Shown here piece after piece: positions 9,793 to 24,300 of a stretch of DNA of 64,000 bases (its first letter is position 1; each line of letters opens with the position of its first letter). Source of the DNA: Amphiscolops sp. MND2022 (lineage: Eukaryota); assembly GCA_964187785.1 (NCBI GenBank), contig OZ076409.1:25980001-26044000 (forward strand). The letters run 5' to 3'. The notes under the pieces are model-generated. The model worked only from the letters and a program-made list of their open reading frames with translations. It was not told the origin of the DNA and searched no databases. The translations under genes were made by a program, and so were the position numbers.

Positions 9793-10470
9793 TTTTTAGT
9801 CGGCGTTTTCGAAGAAAATGCACGACTCTTACTGTGGTTAGTTTTTTTCCTCAGTTCAACGCGATCAGTCCACTTTTTCTGTTCATTTGTTCAACTCCTT
9901 CGCCAACTAATTTTCACACTTTCAGAAGCAGGAGAGCGGGGTTCGAGTCTCGCACTGAACCACAAGTTTTTTAATGTTTCCAAAAGTAATGGGTAGACGA
10001 AAGGGTCCCCTTTGGTTTTTTTCGGCACTATGCGACTTTTTTTCTGAAAGTTTTTGTAACATTCTATCTCACTTGGACTCATTCCATGTCACGATCGGAA
10101 TGCTGAAAGCAAAGTCCAAGTGAGATAGAATGTTACAGTTTTTGAATTCTATCAAAGGGTACCCCCTTGATTTTTTTGAAGTTGTCGGTTTTTAAAAAAG
10201 GTTTAATGTGCCTAAAGGGTCCCTTTTTGGGGTTTTTTGGCATTATGCGACTTTTTTCACCAAATACTTTTTTAAAAAAATTTAATTTTTCTCAAAAGCA
10301 AATTAGTTTTTTTTCTAGTGCAGAAAAAAACTTTTCGAGTTTCGGGGAAAACCCTTTCGGGATTTTTCGGCACTGTATGATAAATGAAAAATTTCACAAT
10401 AGGCTGAATTTTTCCTTGAATATTTTTGAGCCTTAGATATGACGCCGATTTGGGCCGTTCCCGGCCTGTT
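9793..10470 (-). mobile_element. Helentron/DINE-1-like non-autonomous element
   Basis: Reverse complement of the AACAAG..GGGAACGGCC..AGTCGGCG start and AGTCG..CGCCGACTAAAAA palindromic end shared with other copies. Confidence 0.65.
10055..10137. mobile_element. 83-bp mini-element with 25-bp perfect TGT..ACA TIRs
   Basis: tgtaacattctatctcacttggact / agtccaagtgagatagaatgttaca; 5-bp TSD gtttt. Confidence 0.75.
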
Positions 10471-12232
10471 ATTTCTAGATCATTCCCGATTTTAGACGTT
10501 AATCCCGTCTTACTAACAATGAAGTTTCGAGTCTCTTCGAGCCCAAATAGCATTATAAAGAGTGGATTCAGGAATAGTGAATAGTGTAAACAAGAAGTTT
10601 GAGCCCAAGACAGTAACAAATGTGAAATTGATCCGGTCCATTCAAATGTTTCAAAGGTTATACTAGTTGCCAAGACGGTTGTGAGAGCCGTAGGCCAGAT
10701 CATTACTTCTTCCTAAGATTACTAAACAAGGACAGAGATTACAACTCAATACTGTTTTTTTTTCAAGTGAACCTCAAAAAGATCGGTAAGGTTTATCTCG
10801 AAGCCTCAAAGAAGCAATTTCATGAAAATACGTCCTGTTCAAGGACGTGAAATATAAAGCTGGAACAGATATAGTTTTGTGAAAAACCATAATGACATTT
10901 ACTGTGTTTATTTTGTATTGGAGCAGATGGGCTGCAAATGTCTATATAAATATACAGTCGAGTTAGATCATATTGCCGATTGAATTCTAGATTTTTTAAA
11001 TACTAATCCTTAGACACAGATCGTCGTCAAAAAATCTCGTACTACGTTGGTGATCATAAAAGGAGGAGATGGAACTCACAGGTGGTCTGTAAAACGAGGG
11101 GAAGCATTCACGGAAAATGTCAATCGAAAGACTAAATACTCATGCTAGCCACTATCCCAGTAGACCGACTGAGCTAAAATAACTAAAAATCCAGAATATC
11201 TATCGCGAAAAATGATGTTGCCAGTTGCAGCCAAGAAAAATACTAAAACTCTCCGTCGCTCACTGTTGCATTACCAACCTAAAAAGTTATTGGAGCTATG
11301 TTGCGTCAAGAACCTACCGGCTCGCTGCCCGTCGCGCAAACGACAGAGTTTTTTACGAAGACGTGTTATGAAAATTTAGCTACTTTCTGTCAAATTTTGT
11401 GATTCAGGTTTTCAGCTTGGGAAATACTTGGGGTTTCATGCACCCTTTTCAAGTGAACGACGCCTGAATTGAACAAGTATCTGGTTTGTAAGTTGTACTA
11501 GGGAGGTACAAGGAGGGACAGTGTTCACTGAAGGGCACTCAACACACCTTATTCACAAAGGCTGCGAGTCTCCGTTAGAGTTGAATTGGCGCATTTTGTA
11601 TGGACCCATCATTTTCATAGGTTACAATTGACCCAGTTTTAAGACGGAAGGCTCGAGACACTTAGGAGCGTTACACCTTTTACTGTTTTTTTATGAATAA
11701 TTTACCACTTTCAGGAGTAGCACATTTAGTTGTGAGACAAACTCCTCTTACTGGAACAAAACCACAAAACACTTCAATACCTTTGGTTTAAAAAGGTTTG
11801 GATGTTTTGTATTCAATTGGATAAAAACGGAATGAAACAGAGTCAGAGATATGGCAAATAGTTTTAACATCTCAAACTACCAATTCATCGCCGTATCTGA
11901 AGATATTCAACAAGCCGGTCTCAATAGTCATGCTAAAGTCTTCAATTACTTTTCCTGGTCCCTGAGGAATAACCTTTCGAAACCCTGTTTTTGGGCGTTA
12001 GTCGTCAGTACAAGCTGCAAGGAAAAGAATCTAAATTGTAAATTGTAAACTATAAATATAAAATGGTTATCACTTACATTTAATTCCCTTCTTGTGGAAT
12101 AATATTCTCATTTCAGTTTTAAATGGAATCACCGAAAAGTTTCAACATCTGTAGTTTGTCATGTCCTGAAGTGTCCTGAATCTGCCCAACAGGCTTGCTT
12201 GTGTGTGTTAGACGGTGTTGGGTGTTTTTATC

Positions 12233-12344
12233 ATGGCCATTTATGCCAAAGATGCGTCCAACGAGAACACACCTGTTCACACCTCCCACAGGTCCGTCCA
12301 GAGAGGCGACTCAGTCCAAGCCAAGGAGGGCAACCTGCTTAGCA
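12233..12344 (+). CDS. MOK: MOK putative first coding exon (MAIYAKDASNEN...GNLLS)
   Basis: ATG-initiated open frame ending at a strong GTGAGT donor in phase 1, matching the phase of the 13014 acceptor; no homology support. Confidence 0.55.
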
Positions 12345-15300
12345 GTGAGTGAAACAAATCAAACTTAAAGTCGTTTCTTAGTGTACTCAGAAATGTCAAC
12401 TGCTATCAGCATTGCGGAAAATTTCTGAAACCTGATGTCAACCTTCAATTTTCTATGCTTTCATAGTACTGGGTTATTACTAATTTTTAGTGGTAAGATG
12501 TACCATTCTGAGATTTTTCACGATTTCGAGTTTGTAGATAGAGGTGTAGTTTGTCCCATTAAGTTTACGAACTAAAATGACAGCTTTTTCGTACAGTCGG
12601 ACCTCTCTTTAACGCACATCTCGGGGAGTATCTCATTGATTACGTTAAAAAGAGTATACGTTGTTTCGAACACTTGTTTGTGTATTTGCTTTTGATTGGT
12701 TTAGAAATCAAATCGCTGTATTATGAGAAATACGTTGTTGCGATGGATGGCTCGTTATAGTGAGCTCCGACTGTACTTACCTTTTTACTGTTTCTCCGAT
12801 TTAATTAACAACAGTCCTTGCTTACCCGCATTACCTTCTGTAGAGTAGTCTGTTGTATTTTTTTTGAGGTAAAAAGGGAATAAAGGGGTGTGAAATCTAA
12901 ATTTAGTTCTAAAAAAACTAAACTCAAATGATGACTCTTTTAGGGGCTGATTTTGTTACCATCCGCACTGCTGAGTAATGGGCTCTATAAGGTTCTTTCT
13001 CTAACTGCCTTAGAGTACATGGTGATTTCGAAGAAAGGAGAAGGCACATTCTCAGAGGTGTTGGAATGTCGGAATCGAAACACTGACGAATCTGTCGCAG
13101 TCAAAAAACTGAAACAGAGATACGACAGGTTAGAAGCTGTCCAGGATTTTGGAACCGAATTTTAAATGAAACGGGTACTCAGTCATTTTAACATAAGTAT
13201 CAATTTATCATGGAGAGCAATTTTTGTTTGATACAAATAAACCTTCAGCGACTTCAATTAGTTTTTACTCAACTATTTTCTTGTTAAAACTGTCGACAGT
13301 TTTAACAAGAAAATAGTTGAGTAAAAACTAATTGAAGTCGCTGAAGGTTTATTTGTATCAAACAAAAATTGCTCTCCATGATAAATTGATACTTATGTTA
13401 AAATGACTGAGTACCCGTTTCATAACATGATCATAACATTCGACTATTTCACTATATTTTCCACCCACTGTTTTATCTACCTATCTATTGTACTGTATGA
13501 ATCGAACACCGATTGGTCAATAATCTGAGCAATAAATATAAGCTGTTCTTTAAACCGAATGGTTCAACTGGTAATTCAAATCAGTGGTTAAGTTGGACAT
13601 GACTGTTGTAAAGGACATCATTTGTTTGAAACACTTTTAACGCCTCTTCGATCATCAGATTTCAGAATCTTTTCTCTTTCCAGCATGTACCAATGCAACA
13701 AAATTCGAGAAGTACAAGCAATGCGAAAGCTCTCCAGCCATGCCAACATCGTGAAGCTGCGTGAAATGATTTAGTGAGTTGTCACTTTTTCAAAACTAAT
13801 CTTTTCCATTATCCAATAAAATATTATGTTTATCATCCCCTGAATATTTGTTCACTCGGGCTGTTTGTTTTCAGCGAACCCACTTCATGCACCCTGTACC
13901 TGATCCTTGAATTAATGGACATGAATCTCTATGAACTAATTCGAGGTAATTTTAGCCTATTTTTGCTCGCAATACTTTATACCTTGATATTAATCTTGCC
14001 GTCTTTTATAAGGTTTTTAAAAACCGTTTTTTTCATATGCCGATCCTTAGCTTGATTCTTGAATGAAACGAGCATTTTTGCCCAGGTTTGTAGATCATTA
14101 AGCTTGTTAAAAGATTCCAAGACAGTGAAAATTAGGCAAAATTCAAAACAGTGAGTGGCTTGTATTTGACGTACTATTTATTTGTATCAGAATTACACTC
14201 GATAATCCGTTACAAAGTTTTTCAAAATAAAATAACACGTTCTAATATAACGTTAACGGTATGGCTTGATCTTCGGACCAAATCCTTTCAAAAAAAGCTC
14301 AATCATTTTGAAACTGTTACTGAACTTTAGTAAATGTCCTAGTCTTATCGAACTCATGGTTGGATAATATTGCAGCAATAATGAAGGAAAACAAAAAATC
14401 AGGTATTTATGTAGAGAACTCTCTCAAAGCATTCATCCCATAGTTGACTTCATTCCTTTCACACTTTTCATAACATGTATTTGTGTGTCTCGTTGACCTT
14501 TCGTGTTCTTAGCTTGCTGAAACTTCGTGTTAAACTATCCTTGAAATGTCTCGTCATCGATGAGTCACCTTTGATCGATTACTGCAATTCCCTTTAGTGG
14601 GTCCTCTATGTCTTTAAACGAAGTGCCAAACAAACGACGCACCTAGAAGTTTGATATCCTTTTTCCAAATCTGAAAGTTTCCCATTGATGGCCATAAGAA
14701 GATGCCATCGAATTCCATGCCTTTTGATGCTAGAATGGGGTCTAATTACGAGTCATTTAAATTGTAGGCACCGACAACGAAATTGCCTACAATTAAATTA
14801 AAACCCTACTAAACTGTTAAGAATAATTTGGCCGCAAAGGGACTCCTAAACAGAACATCGTGGATGGAGGGTTCATGAATTGAGTTCCAATACTCACGTA
14901 TGGGCTAGTCTGTGGGCCAAGTTGAAATTCTCCATTTCACAGTCTCGCTCTACTAAAAAGTACAGTGACTTGTGTAACACTTTTTTGTCTCATTTGAAAA
15001 ATACATCCGATGAAAGGAAGAAAACGCTTCAGGTATCAAGTTGGAAAAAATGAAAATCTGAACTTTAAAAACATTTGATTTTTGGTAACTTTTACTTTCT
15101 ATTTAGGCTTGAATTAATAACTAATGGACTATACACAATGAATGCTAATAAATGGCACCAAGTCCTAATTTCATTTTTTGTGTCACTGTGATACTAATTA
15201 CACCAGATGCTGATACCAAAAGATTGGGATTTCGCTGATTTAGGCTCATATCATTTATGCAAGCTATGCAAAACATTGTTTCCGTATCTGGTTTTCGAAA

Positions 15301-18300
15301 ACTTCGTGATACCAAAATGGTAACTTTTTCGATCAACTTACCAGACAGACTCCAAAAAAAAACAAATTTCAGTATATCAAAAAATTTGTATCTTTGGTCA
15401 AATTACCAGATGGTCAATGGTCAAAATATGTTGGTCTAAAAATACCCTAACAGTCGGACAGGTTGATGCTGCGAGACGCTTTAATATTGACCTTGAAATT
15501 TAAAACCAGCCCGAAGTTTCCAATCCAATGAATGTCATCTTGATTGTCGCTTTTCTCTGTAGTTGTCATGGTTTGCTAGTTTGTTGTCAATGACTTTCTA
15601 TCATGCTGCTTCATTTTCCCCAATTTGACCCTAGTTTTTCAATCATCTGCGACTTTTTCAGGAATTATTAGTATAGCATTCAATTGTTATTTCCACCTGA
15701 ATAACAAAATTGTTCATAATATGCAACTTTTTGCTTATAGCCCGGAAAACTTGAAGTCTCATTAAAGAGAATCTTTGCCGACTTTTTTCACCAATCTTGT
15801 ATTCATAGAGACGCATCCAAGTAACAATATGTGAGATTTAACTTTCGAAGTAAATTTCAAAAAGCATGATTCGCGTGCTTTGATTATTTAATAAATGTCC
15901 ACATACGAACTGTCATGATTGTGAATTTTACAGGTAAACGGAATTATCTCCCAGAGAGCAGAATTCGCTTTTACATGTTGCAATTGGTCGATGCAGTTCG
16001 TCACATGCACAAGTAAGTTGTCTATTCTTGTGCCATACCTTGGGTTAAACTCAGTCATTCAACTAACTAATTCAACAGATGCTAATGGCAATCCAGACTT
16101 TGCTCAGTTACATACACCAGGGTACCGAAAAGCTGGAGACATAGCCGTTCAGTCGTTACAAGGCGAGAAATTCGATACTAAATCAACGAGCACTGAAAAC
16201 ATAGGCCAGGTTTGTCATTAAAGCAAACAGACTCTTTGACTCGAGATCTTGTCGAACTTTTTCAATTTAAAAATCTTCAACCCTTTGCTAACTTATGTGC
16301 AAAGCAAATCTAAGAAGCATACAAACATTGCTAAGCTTCAAAGAAACGCAAATATGAGCAACGCATCACAAATATCAAAAAAGCTCTTTCAAGCCTCTCT
16401 GCTTTGCGACTACAGGAGCCGGTGCCTCCGCAACAAAAATCACCACAATACTTGCGCACAATCTCAGAGAAAAAACCTCGAAGCCATACGCCTGTGTTGT
16501 AAGATACATAAGGTTTAAGATTAGTGTTTTAATTCTGAGGAGTTCGTATCTGTGTATTAGAGGATGTAGATTTCTGAAACGCTAGGTCACTCAGACCGAG
16601 TCCTCTATGAGCGCAATTGTCGGAGGTGAGGCTCTCAATAAATTGACGACGAGCAACATAGTCACGATACTTTAGTTTCAGACGAGCATTTACTTTGCGA
16701 TTCGGTGTTTTATTTTATAAATTAGTACTCTGTTTAACAAGGTTTCCCAATTTATCTTTACGGGACAGTCACTGGCGTTTTGAGGAGGCTCTGCAGCTTG
16801 CAGCGTAACCACACCATCCACGTCTGTTTGCTAGCAAGCCCCCTTTAACACAGGCTACATATTTAAATATCCCTTTTTGTTTCTTCGATGCGCATGGTCT
16901 TTATAAAATTAGGAAAAAGTCAGATTTTTACATATTCAATCGACACAAATGTCGCAGAGGCAAAGTTTTCTTGAATTTTCATCAGAATCGGAGGGCTATT
17001 TTTTGTTTTGAAATCGAAGAAAAACTGCAAACTTTTGACTCCAACACTTTTTCTGAAAACGTCGCCCTCAAAAAAATAGAGAGCAAATGATCACAAAACG
17101 CGAACACTCAAATTTTTACTCCGTAAAAATAATGTTTCAATGGAATTTCAACTGTTTTTGGCTGTTCCTTTTTCAAGAAAGCATTTTGAGAAAAACATTT
17201 TTTTATATATAAAAGGTAAATAACGGTGTCGAGTCTACAAAAGTGGCCGGATGGTTTTTCTTCCGACTAATTGTCTTTGTAATGAGGTTTTAAAAAGTTC
17301 AAAGTTCCCCGAAAGGCCATTTACCTTTTCAAATTTGCATTCGATTGCGAAACAAAAAAACACCATTGTAATTCTGATTAAAATTTGAGTGACTTTTTGC
17401 TTCTGAAACCTGTTTGTAACGAACAATTTCGTCTGCCAAATCGGGTGTCTTTAGCTTTTTGGTACCTTAGTATGCATGGAACCTTGATATTAGCGCAATT
17501 CTTTTCATGAGACTATATGGTTCCATGCATCAGAAAAACATGGTTTGAAACCACGACATGCAATACCATTATCTTATGGTTTTGAATGCATCATGATGAA
17601 CATTGACTGATCCTGATTTTTTCTGACTTTTCTCCCAATCTGAAATCTTTCACGTTAGCTGTTTGAGGCAATTTCCCCGGGCACTTGGAAGTGGTAATTT
17701 AATAGCTGCTAGATGTGTATCTCTGATGTTTCAAGTTTCGGAAATCTTTAGAAAAGTTACCTTGATATTACAGGAAAGGTAAAGAAGGTAAGCGATTTGA
17801 TATCTATGTGTTTTCATCATCTCGTTGCAGCATCATATCTTGCCGTTAAAGAGACATGGAGTGTGAAATTTAGAAAAAAAATGGGAAGAAAGGGGGCCTA
17901 ACTTTGTTCGAGACACATCACGAATTATTTTTAAAAATTACGATGTTAACTAAGATGGAGATTATTGTAAAATGTGCCACCGTTTTCAATTATGATGCTG
18001 ACACACCGAAGGTTTTTTCTAATACTTTCCACCGATTGGAATCTAAAAATATTTCAGTCTTTGGAAAACCACAAAAAAAAATCAGCGAGTTGCTAAATTT
18101 TGCTACCTTTCGAGTTTTGTAGAGACATTGTGATATGGCGATTTATAGAAGAGGCACAATGAAAATGAATTCGAGATTGTAAAGGGGGATTATATTTATT
18201 TATCTGTCTACTTTTAAAAGAAATCTTTTTGACGTGTTGTTTGATCAAAGAGTCATTTTGTCGCGCCAACTCCTTTCATTTTGTCGCTTTAGTCGTTACC

Positions 18301-21300
18301 AAATATGGAATTATCCCTATAGCTTGCAAATATATGTTGCATGTATCATCTCACTCGTAGGAAATCATCATCATCGCGTTTTGCTTTTTTCTCAATGGTT
18401 TTTCTCGCACTGGATCATTTTGTAAAATTTTAACAAGCCGGGAACGGCCAAAGTCGGCGCTATATCTAAGGCTCAAAAAGTGCAACATTTTCAAAATATG
18501 CTCATGACGTTTTTTATGAAAAACTCACTAAAAAGATTCACCCAAAGGAAGCCTTCCGTGCTGGGAAAACGCTTCAGAAGTTCGGATATAGCGGCTGGGA
18601 CAAATGCGAGCACTTGTTTTCGAACCTCCGCCTCCTCCTCAGCAAAACGGAATATACTTCGGAAATAACGTCAAAAATTCGGATATAGCGCTTTACTCCG
18701 GATATTACGTTCAAATTTCGGATAGTATTTAAAAAAATATTGGTGGATATGTATTGAGAAAACCTAATGTCCGATGAAAAATGACAATTTTGAACAGTCT
18801 CATAGTGCCGAAAAATCTGAAAGGGGGACCCTTTGGGATTTTCAAACATCTATTATGTTCTAAAATATCAAAAAATTGAAGGGGGGACCCTTTGGTACAA
18901 TCAAAAACTTTTCGAAACAAGTCTCATAGTGCCGAAAAAAATCCAAGTTAAAAACACCCAGATAGCCAAAGTGGGGATCCTTAGTTGTTTTCGAGGTTCT
19001 GGACGTCGGTTTTATAATTTTGGACGAGGTTCTGGGGTTTGCGGTATGTTTTGGTCAAGTTGAGCAAATGAACAAAAAAGTGGACCTTACGCGAGTAAAA
19101 AAACTACACAGTGTAAGAGTCGGGCACATTTTCTACTAAAATGCGCCGACTAAAAACAGTCAAATATTAATTCATTGAATCTGAGAATGAATTACCAGCA
19201 ATAGTTTTGGAAAAATTATTGTGTTCAGTTCACGTAGCCAAGTTTCTCGAACGCTTTTTCATTCTAAGAAAGTATTATCATAATTAAATCCATTTTTCAT
19301 TGCTTCTATTCTTATGAACGTTTCGACATCACTTTTTTAATTTTGAAATTAACGGTTTGCAAACAATTGACCGCCAAATCGTCGTTTTCGAAATCGCCCC
19401 CAAGATGAAAAACCTTTTCTGTAAACTACTGAAGTAAATTTAAAAATTGATTTCTATGAGAATTTCTTGAATTTTGTGAGTTTTTGAAATTTTTAGTATT
19501 GACTTCTTGAACAGAGGAGCCACCATGGATTTGTGAATTTTTGTTTGCCCTTGATAGTAATCGGTTAAGACATCGCTAAATTAATAGTTTTAAGCCGCTG
19601 TATGGCTGAACAAGCCGAGAACGGCCAAAGTCGGCGCTATATCTAAGGCTCAAAATTGAAAAGGGGGACCCTTCGGGCTTTGTGAAACTCCAGCTGGCTG
19701 CAAAAAATGAAAAAAAAATTGAAGGGGGACCCTTTGGGGACATGGAAAAATTTCCAAAAAATTTTTCAATGAGATTTTTTAACAGTGTCACAGTGCCAAA
19801 AATTGTAAAACGGGGGACCCTTTGGGATTTTTTGACATCCTTTGTGTTGCAAAATGTCGAAACAAATGAAGGGGGGACACTTTGGTGCAATCCAAAAAGT
19901 TTCAAAAAAGTCGCATAGCGCCGAAAAAAGTGGGGCTATGGGGGGATCCTTAGTGTGATTTCGAGGTTCTGGACGTCTGTGTTGTTTCTTCTTTTCGTTT
20001 TGGACCCGCTTTTGAGGTTCGAGTTGTTGAGGTTCGAAGTTGTTGAGGTTTGACATTGTTGAACAAATGAACAAAAAAGTGGACCTTATGCGTCTAAAAA
20101 AACTACCCACTGTAAGAGTCGGGCACATTTTCTACTGAAATGCGCCGACTAAAAACGGCGTCGAATCTTAAGTTGTGGCTCATTTGTTCCTGTAAAACAG
20201 TTCAATATTCATTTTGTGTTTACCATATTCTTCACGCATGAAAAGAAAATGAGTGATTTTGAATGCTTCGTTATTTTTGTGATTGAATGCGCAGTTTGAT
20301 TTGAACGTGAATGTGTAATGGTTTGAGTTTCCTGAAACCTGTTTCATCTCACCCTGTCATCGCTTGGATGCACCCTTGTTTCATTCAGCTTACTTTTGTG
20401 TTCATTTGATTTTTGTCATTCTTCGAAAGGAAGCCGCTTTAAGACATCACAAGAAAACAATAAAACCTATTCAATACCCAGTTTGATAACTCTTGAATTT
20501 TTCGATAAGAATCTTGCAAGAAAGATCTTCCATTGAAAGATTTTCCACGACTCCTGCCAAAAACTAAAGATTTTTCAAGATTTTGCCAATAGTTTCAAGA
20601 GAAAATTTATCAGAAGTGAGTAGAAATTAAACAAGACGGGAACGTCTACAGTCGGTGCTATATCTCGCAGTTTTTAAAATATGCGTAGGACGTTTTCATG
20701 AAAACTTCTTGTTTCCGAACCTCCGCCTCCTCCTTAGTAAAAAAACAAAATAGTTCGGATATAACGTCAAGAATTCGGATACAGCCGTTCTCGCTCCCAA
20801 CGAAGCTATCACGTCCTGAATTTCAATATTTTGTGTTATGCTATAACCAGGGATGGGCAACTTTCTTACACAATTTTCACCGGTTTCTCTCGGGAACAAT
20901 TATTGAGAACCATATGGCAAACTCGCATGGCCTGAGATCAACGTTAAAAATATAGAATATCAATCTAACATTCGTTGTAACGATGTTACTGTTGAATTTT
21001 ACCGGATAATGTTGGCATTGAAGCCTCAAACGCTCGTTTTTTCAATGTTTTTTACGCAATTTGTAACTCAACTTCGGCCTAATTATCATACACCTTTTGC
21101 TCTTCTCTGTCTATAACGAATAGTTCAAAGAATGACAGTGTAAACAATAAGGTTTGTTTTGCAAATTATTCATTTCTCGGGACTCTTGAAAGAATTTTTC
21201 TTAACAAGATTCCTTGTAAAAATTCAAGAGGTTTGTGTGAAACAAGAACAAACAAGATCTCATTAAATCTTCCAACAGGATACGGAAATACAAGAATTTC

Positions 21301-24300
21301 AAGATGTTTTGCACTGGGTAAGCAGGATTATATTAGTTTTTATTTTGCCACATGTTATCGTTATTACAGTGTATGACGTTGAAAATTTACCACACGACAT
21401 CCAAATTTGTTTCCCAAGATCGGCGTCTTTCATAATACCGCGTGTTTTCACGATTCCAATGGGCTAACTCCTGAAATTAGACAAATCGAAATTAACAATA
21501 GAGACTTTCAAGGTTAGCATATGCTATTATCAGGCTTTACTAAAAATGTAGGAAAAAATGAAAATGCTGCCTCGCATAGCCACCAAGGTCCTTGAAGCAC
21601 TAGCGACGGTACGGTGGTAGCCTTTCGTATAACCGAACGAGCTTAAGGAAAAATGAATATAAAGCCGATCCCAAATCCTATTGGACAAGGAAATAAGCAA
21701 ACTATCACCTTAATTTTCAATTACTCTGACCGGTTACATAATAGGGTGCCCTTGTAAGTTCGCCATATATAAGTTAGCCCGTAAAACTTAGCCACGTTCA
21801 AGTTAGCCACCATATAAGTTCGCCACGTTTATTTTCTCTATATTTAAGCCAATGGAAATTGAATGCGAACTGAAGTGGCTAACTTAAATGTGACTAAGTT
21901 TTACGGGCTAACGTATATGCGGCAAACTTAAATGGACACGACATAATAGTTTTATCATTCAAAGCTCACTGTCGAACGGAGTGACCAATTACAATTGAAA
22001 ACTCGATTTGGTTCCGCTATGAATTTATTCTGCATTATTACCATTCGGATATAGAACCACCTGGTCTATGGAGGTATTACTAAACTTGAATTTCAAATGG
22101 TAATTTTTGACTGTTGTTTTGCAAATTATCAACGTTCGTTAAGTTACTGTCCTTGTACAAAAAGGTTGTATTCGAAAAGTTTTCTTCATAATTTAAAAAA
22201 AATGACGATAATCTATAAAATAAAAATCAAAAGTTTTCCCGATATTTCTAATGGGGTGTAAGACGCATTCGTATGTTTGATGGAATTTGGCTCCTAGCTG
22301 AAAATACACCGATGTGATTCGGAGAATTATGGGAGGTAATAATATTTTAGAATATTGGAATATTTTATTGATTTAGGGTGCGGTTTAGAATATTTTTGCA
22401 TTTTTAATTGATCTGATTATGTCTCAATAAGCACATTTATGCAACTAAAGCAGTTAACATTTACATCATTAAACCATATTATCTGCCTAAGTAAAAAAAG
22501 CAATGCAGTCATTATCAGTCGTTCAAATTTCTCCCTTCGTTTTTTCTACAGATGATACCGTTAATTCATTAAAAGTTTTGAAATCTGTGTATCAATTTGT
22601 GGTTCTCTTTACTGATTTATCGACATGAAACTTGATGTTTTCGAAACATGAAATGAAATTCTTCGAGCCGTTCATCAAAAGTGAATGGAACTTATAACAG
22701 TTTATAATTTAATAACCATGTAGTTTTTATAAAATGTTTACAGGCATGGAATTTTTCACCGTGACGTGAAGCCAGAAAACATTCTGGTGAAAGGCGACCT
22801 GTTGAAACTGGCAGATTTCGGCTCATGCAGATCGCGAGAATCCAAACAACCTTTCACAGAATACATATCCACTAGATGGTTCGTAAATTTTTAACACCAA
22901 ACTTTAACAAGTTGGAAACAAAAGTCTTTTGATATGGTCAAAACTAACTTTTTCGACACCCACTGCTGTGAAAAGATAAATTCCAGCTGTTTATGAGAGT
23001 TTATAGTCAGTTCAATTTCTATATGTTAACCCCAATGAACCTAGTGATGCTTTAAAGCAGCCTACCTTTTTTTCCAAATTCTAATTCCTTTTGCCAGTAG
23101 CCCATTTTCTCTAGCACAGTTTTTTTTCAACAAGTAATTGGTACCTAGATTGATTTGAATGGCACAAGCATTAGAAAAAGGGAATCCATCTCCAAAGCTG
23201 AGAAAAATGGGTTTTTGGCACAAAAAAAGAGTTATATTTTCTCAAAATTCAGATTTTGACGAAATCCGGTTTTCTCAAAAGTCTTTGATCAATAGAAAAA
23301 ACCAACCACATACCCTTCCACAACAAGTCCTGGTGCAACAAACCCCTATAATATTCTGTTGTTACTACAAGCCCCCGCGCAGCGGGCCGCACGAAGTGCG
23401 GAACTGCCGCGAAGCGGCGGTACCGGAAAAAGAAGCTAAAATTCTGGAGAAAGGGGCGCGCGGCGACAGGAGCTCACCTGAGCAAAATGAAAGCCCAATA
23501 CCAGACCTTTCAAACGCGCTATAGTTTGTTTCTCTGGTGCGCGTAGTTGTGGAGATATTAATTTTTTAAAATTTTTATTCAAATTTTTTGAAAATTTTAA
23601 AAAACGCCCAGGTCGATTGGGGTTAAATTGTTCAAATTTTACAATTACCATATTAGATGGAATTCTATTTGGATTTAAATGGTAATTACCATTTGAAAAC
23701 AGCTTGAAAATATCGCACTGAGAATTTGCGTCTCATTTACCAATGATTGAAGAAGTTTGTGAAATTTGAATTTTTTCTTCGAAAATTTGAGAAAATTAAA
23801 GTTTTTGTGATATGAAGACCACAATTACGGTAACACTGGCTTTTCAGGTACCGTGCTCCAGAATGTTTACTCACAGACGGGTATTATGACTACAAAATGG
23901 ACGTTTGGTCTGTCGGATGTGTCTATTTCGAAATATCAACGTTAGCTATCAATCAATTATGACTCATTCATTTTTGATGTCTTGAATAATGATTTCTTTC
24001 ATGTATGTACTTCCTTTATAGACTGAAACCTCTATTCCCTGGTCAGAACGAAATTGATCAGATCGATAAAATCCACAAACTGTTCGGAACTCCGCCCTCA
24101 GAAGTCTTATCCAAGTTCAAGAGGTCTCGATCCATGAGCTTCAACTTCCCGCCTAGCGTGAGGGACGAACGTACCCTGACCCACCTGGTCGAACCCATGC
24201 CCTCAGACGGGGTTGACCTGCTCTACAAGATGCTGGAGTATGACCCCGCCAAAAGAATCACCATGGAGGAATGTTTACAACACCTGTACTTGAAAAACTT

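Noticed and set aside
14760..14795. Small hairpin aattgtaggca...tgcctacaatt
   Set aside because: An 11-bp stem, single copy, with no TSD or other support
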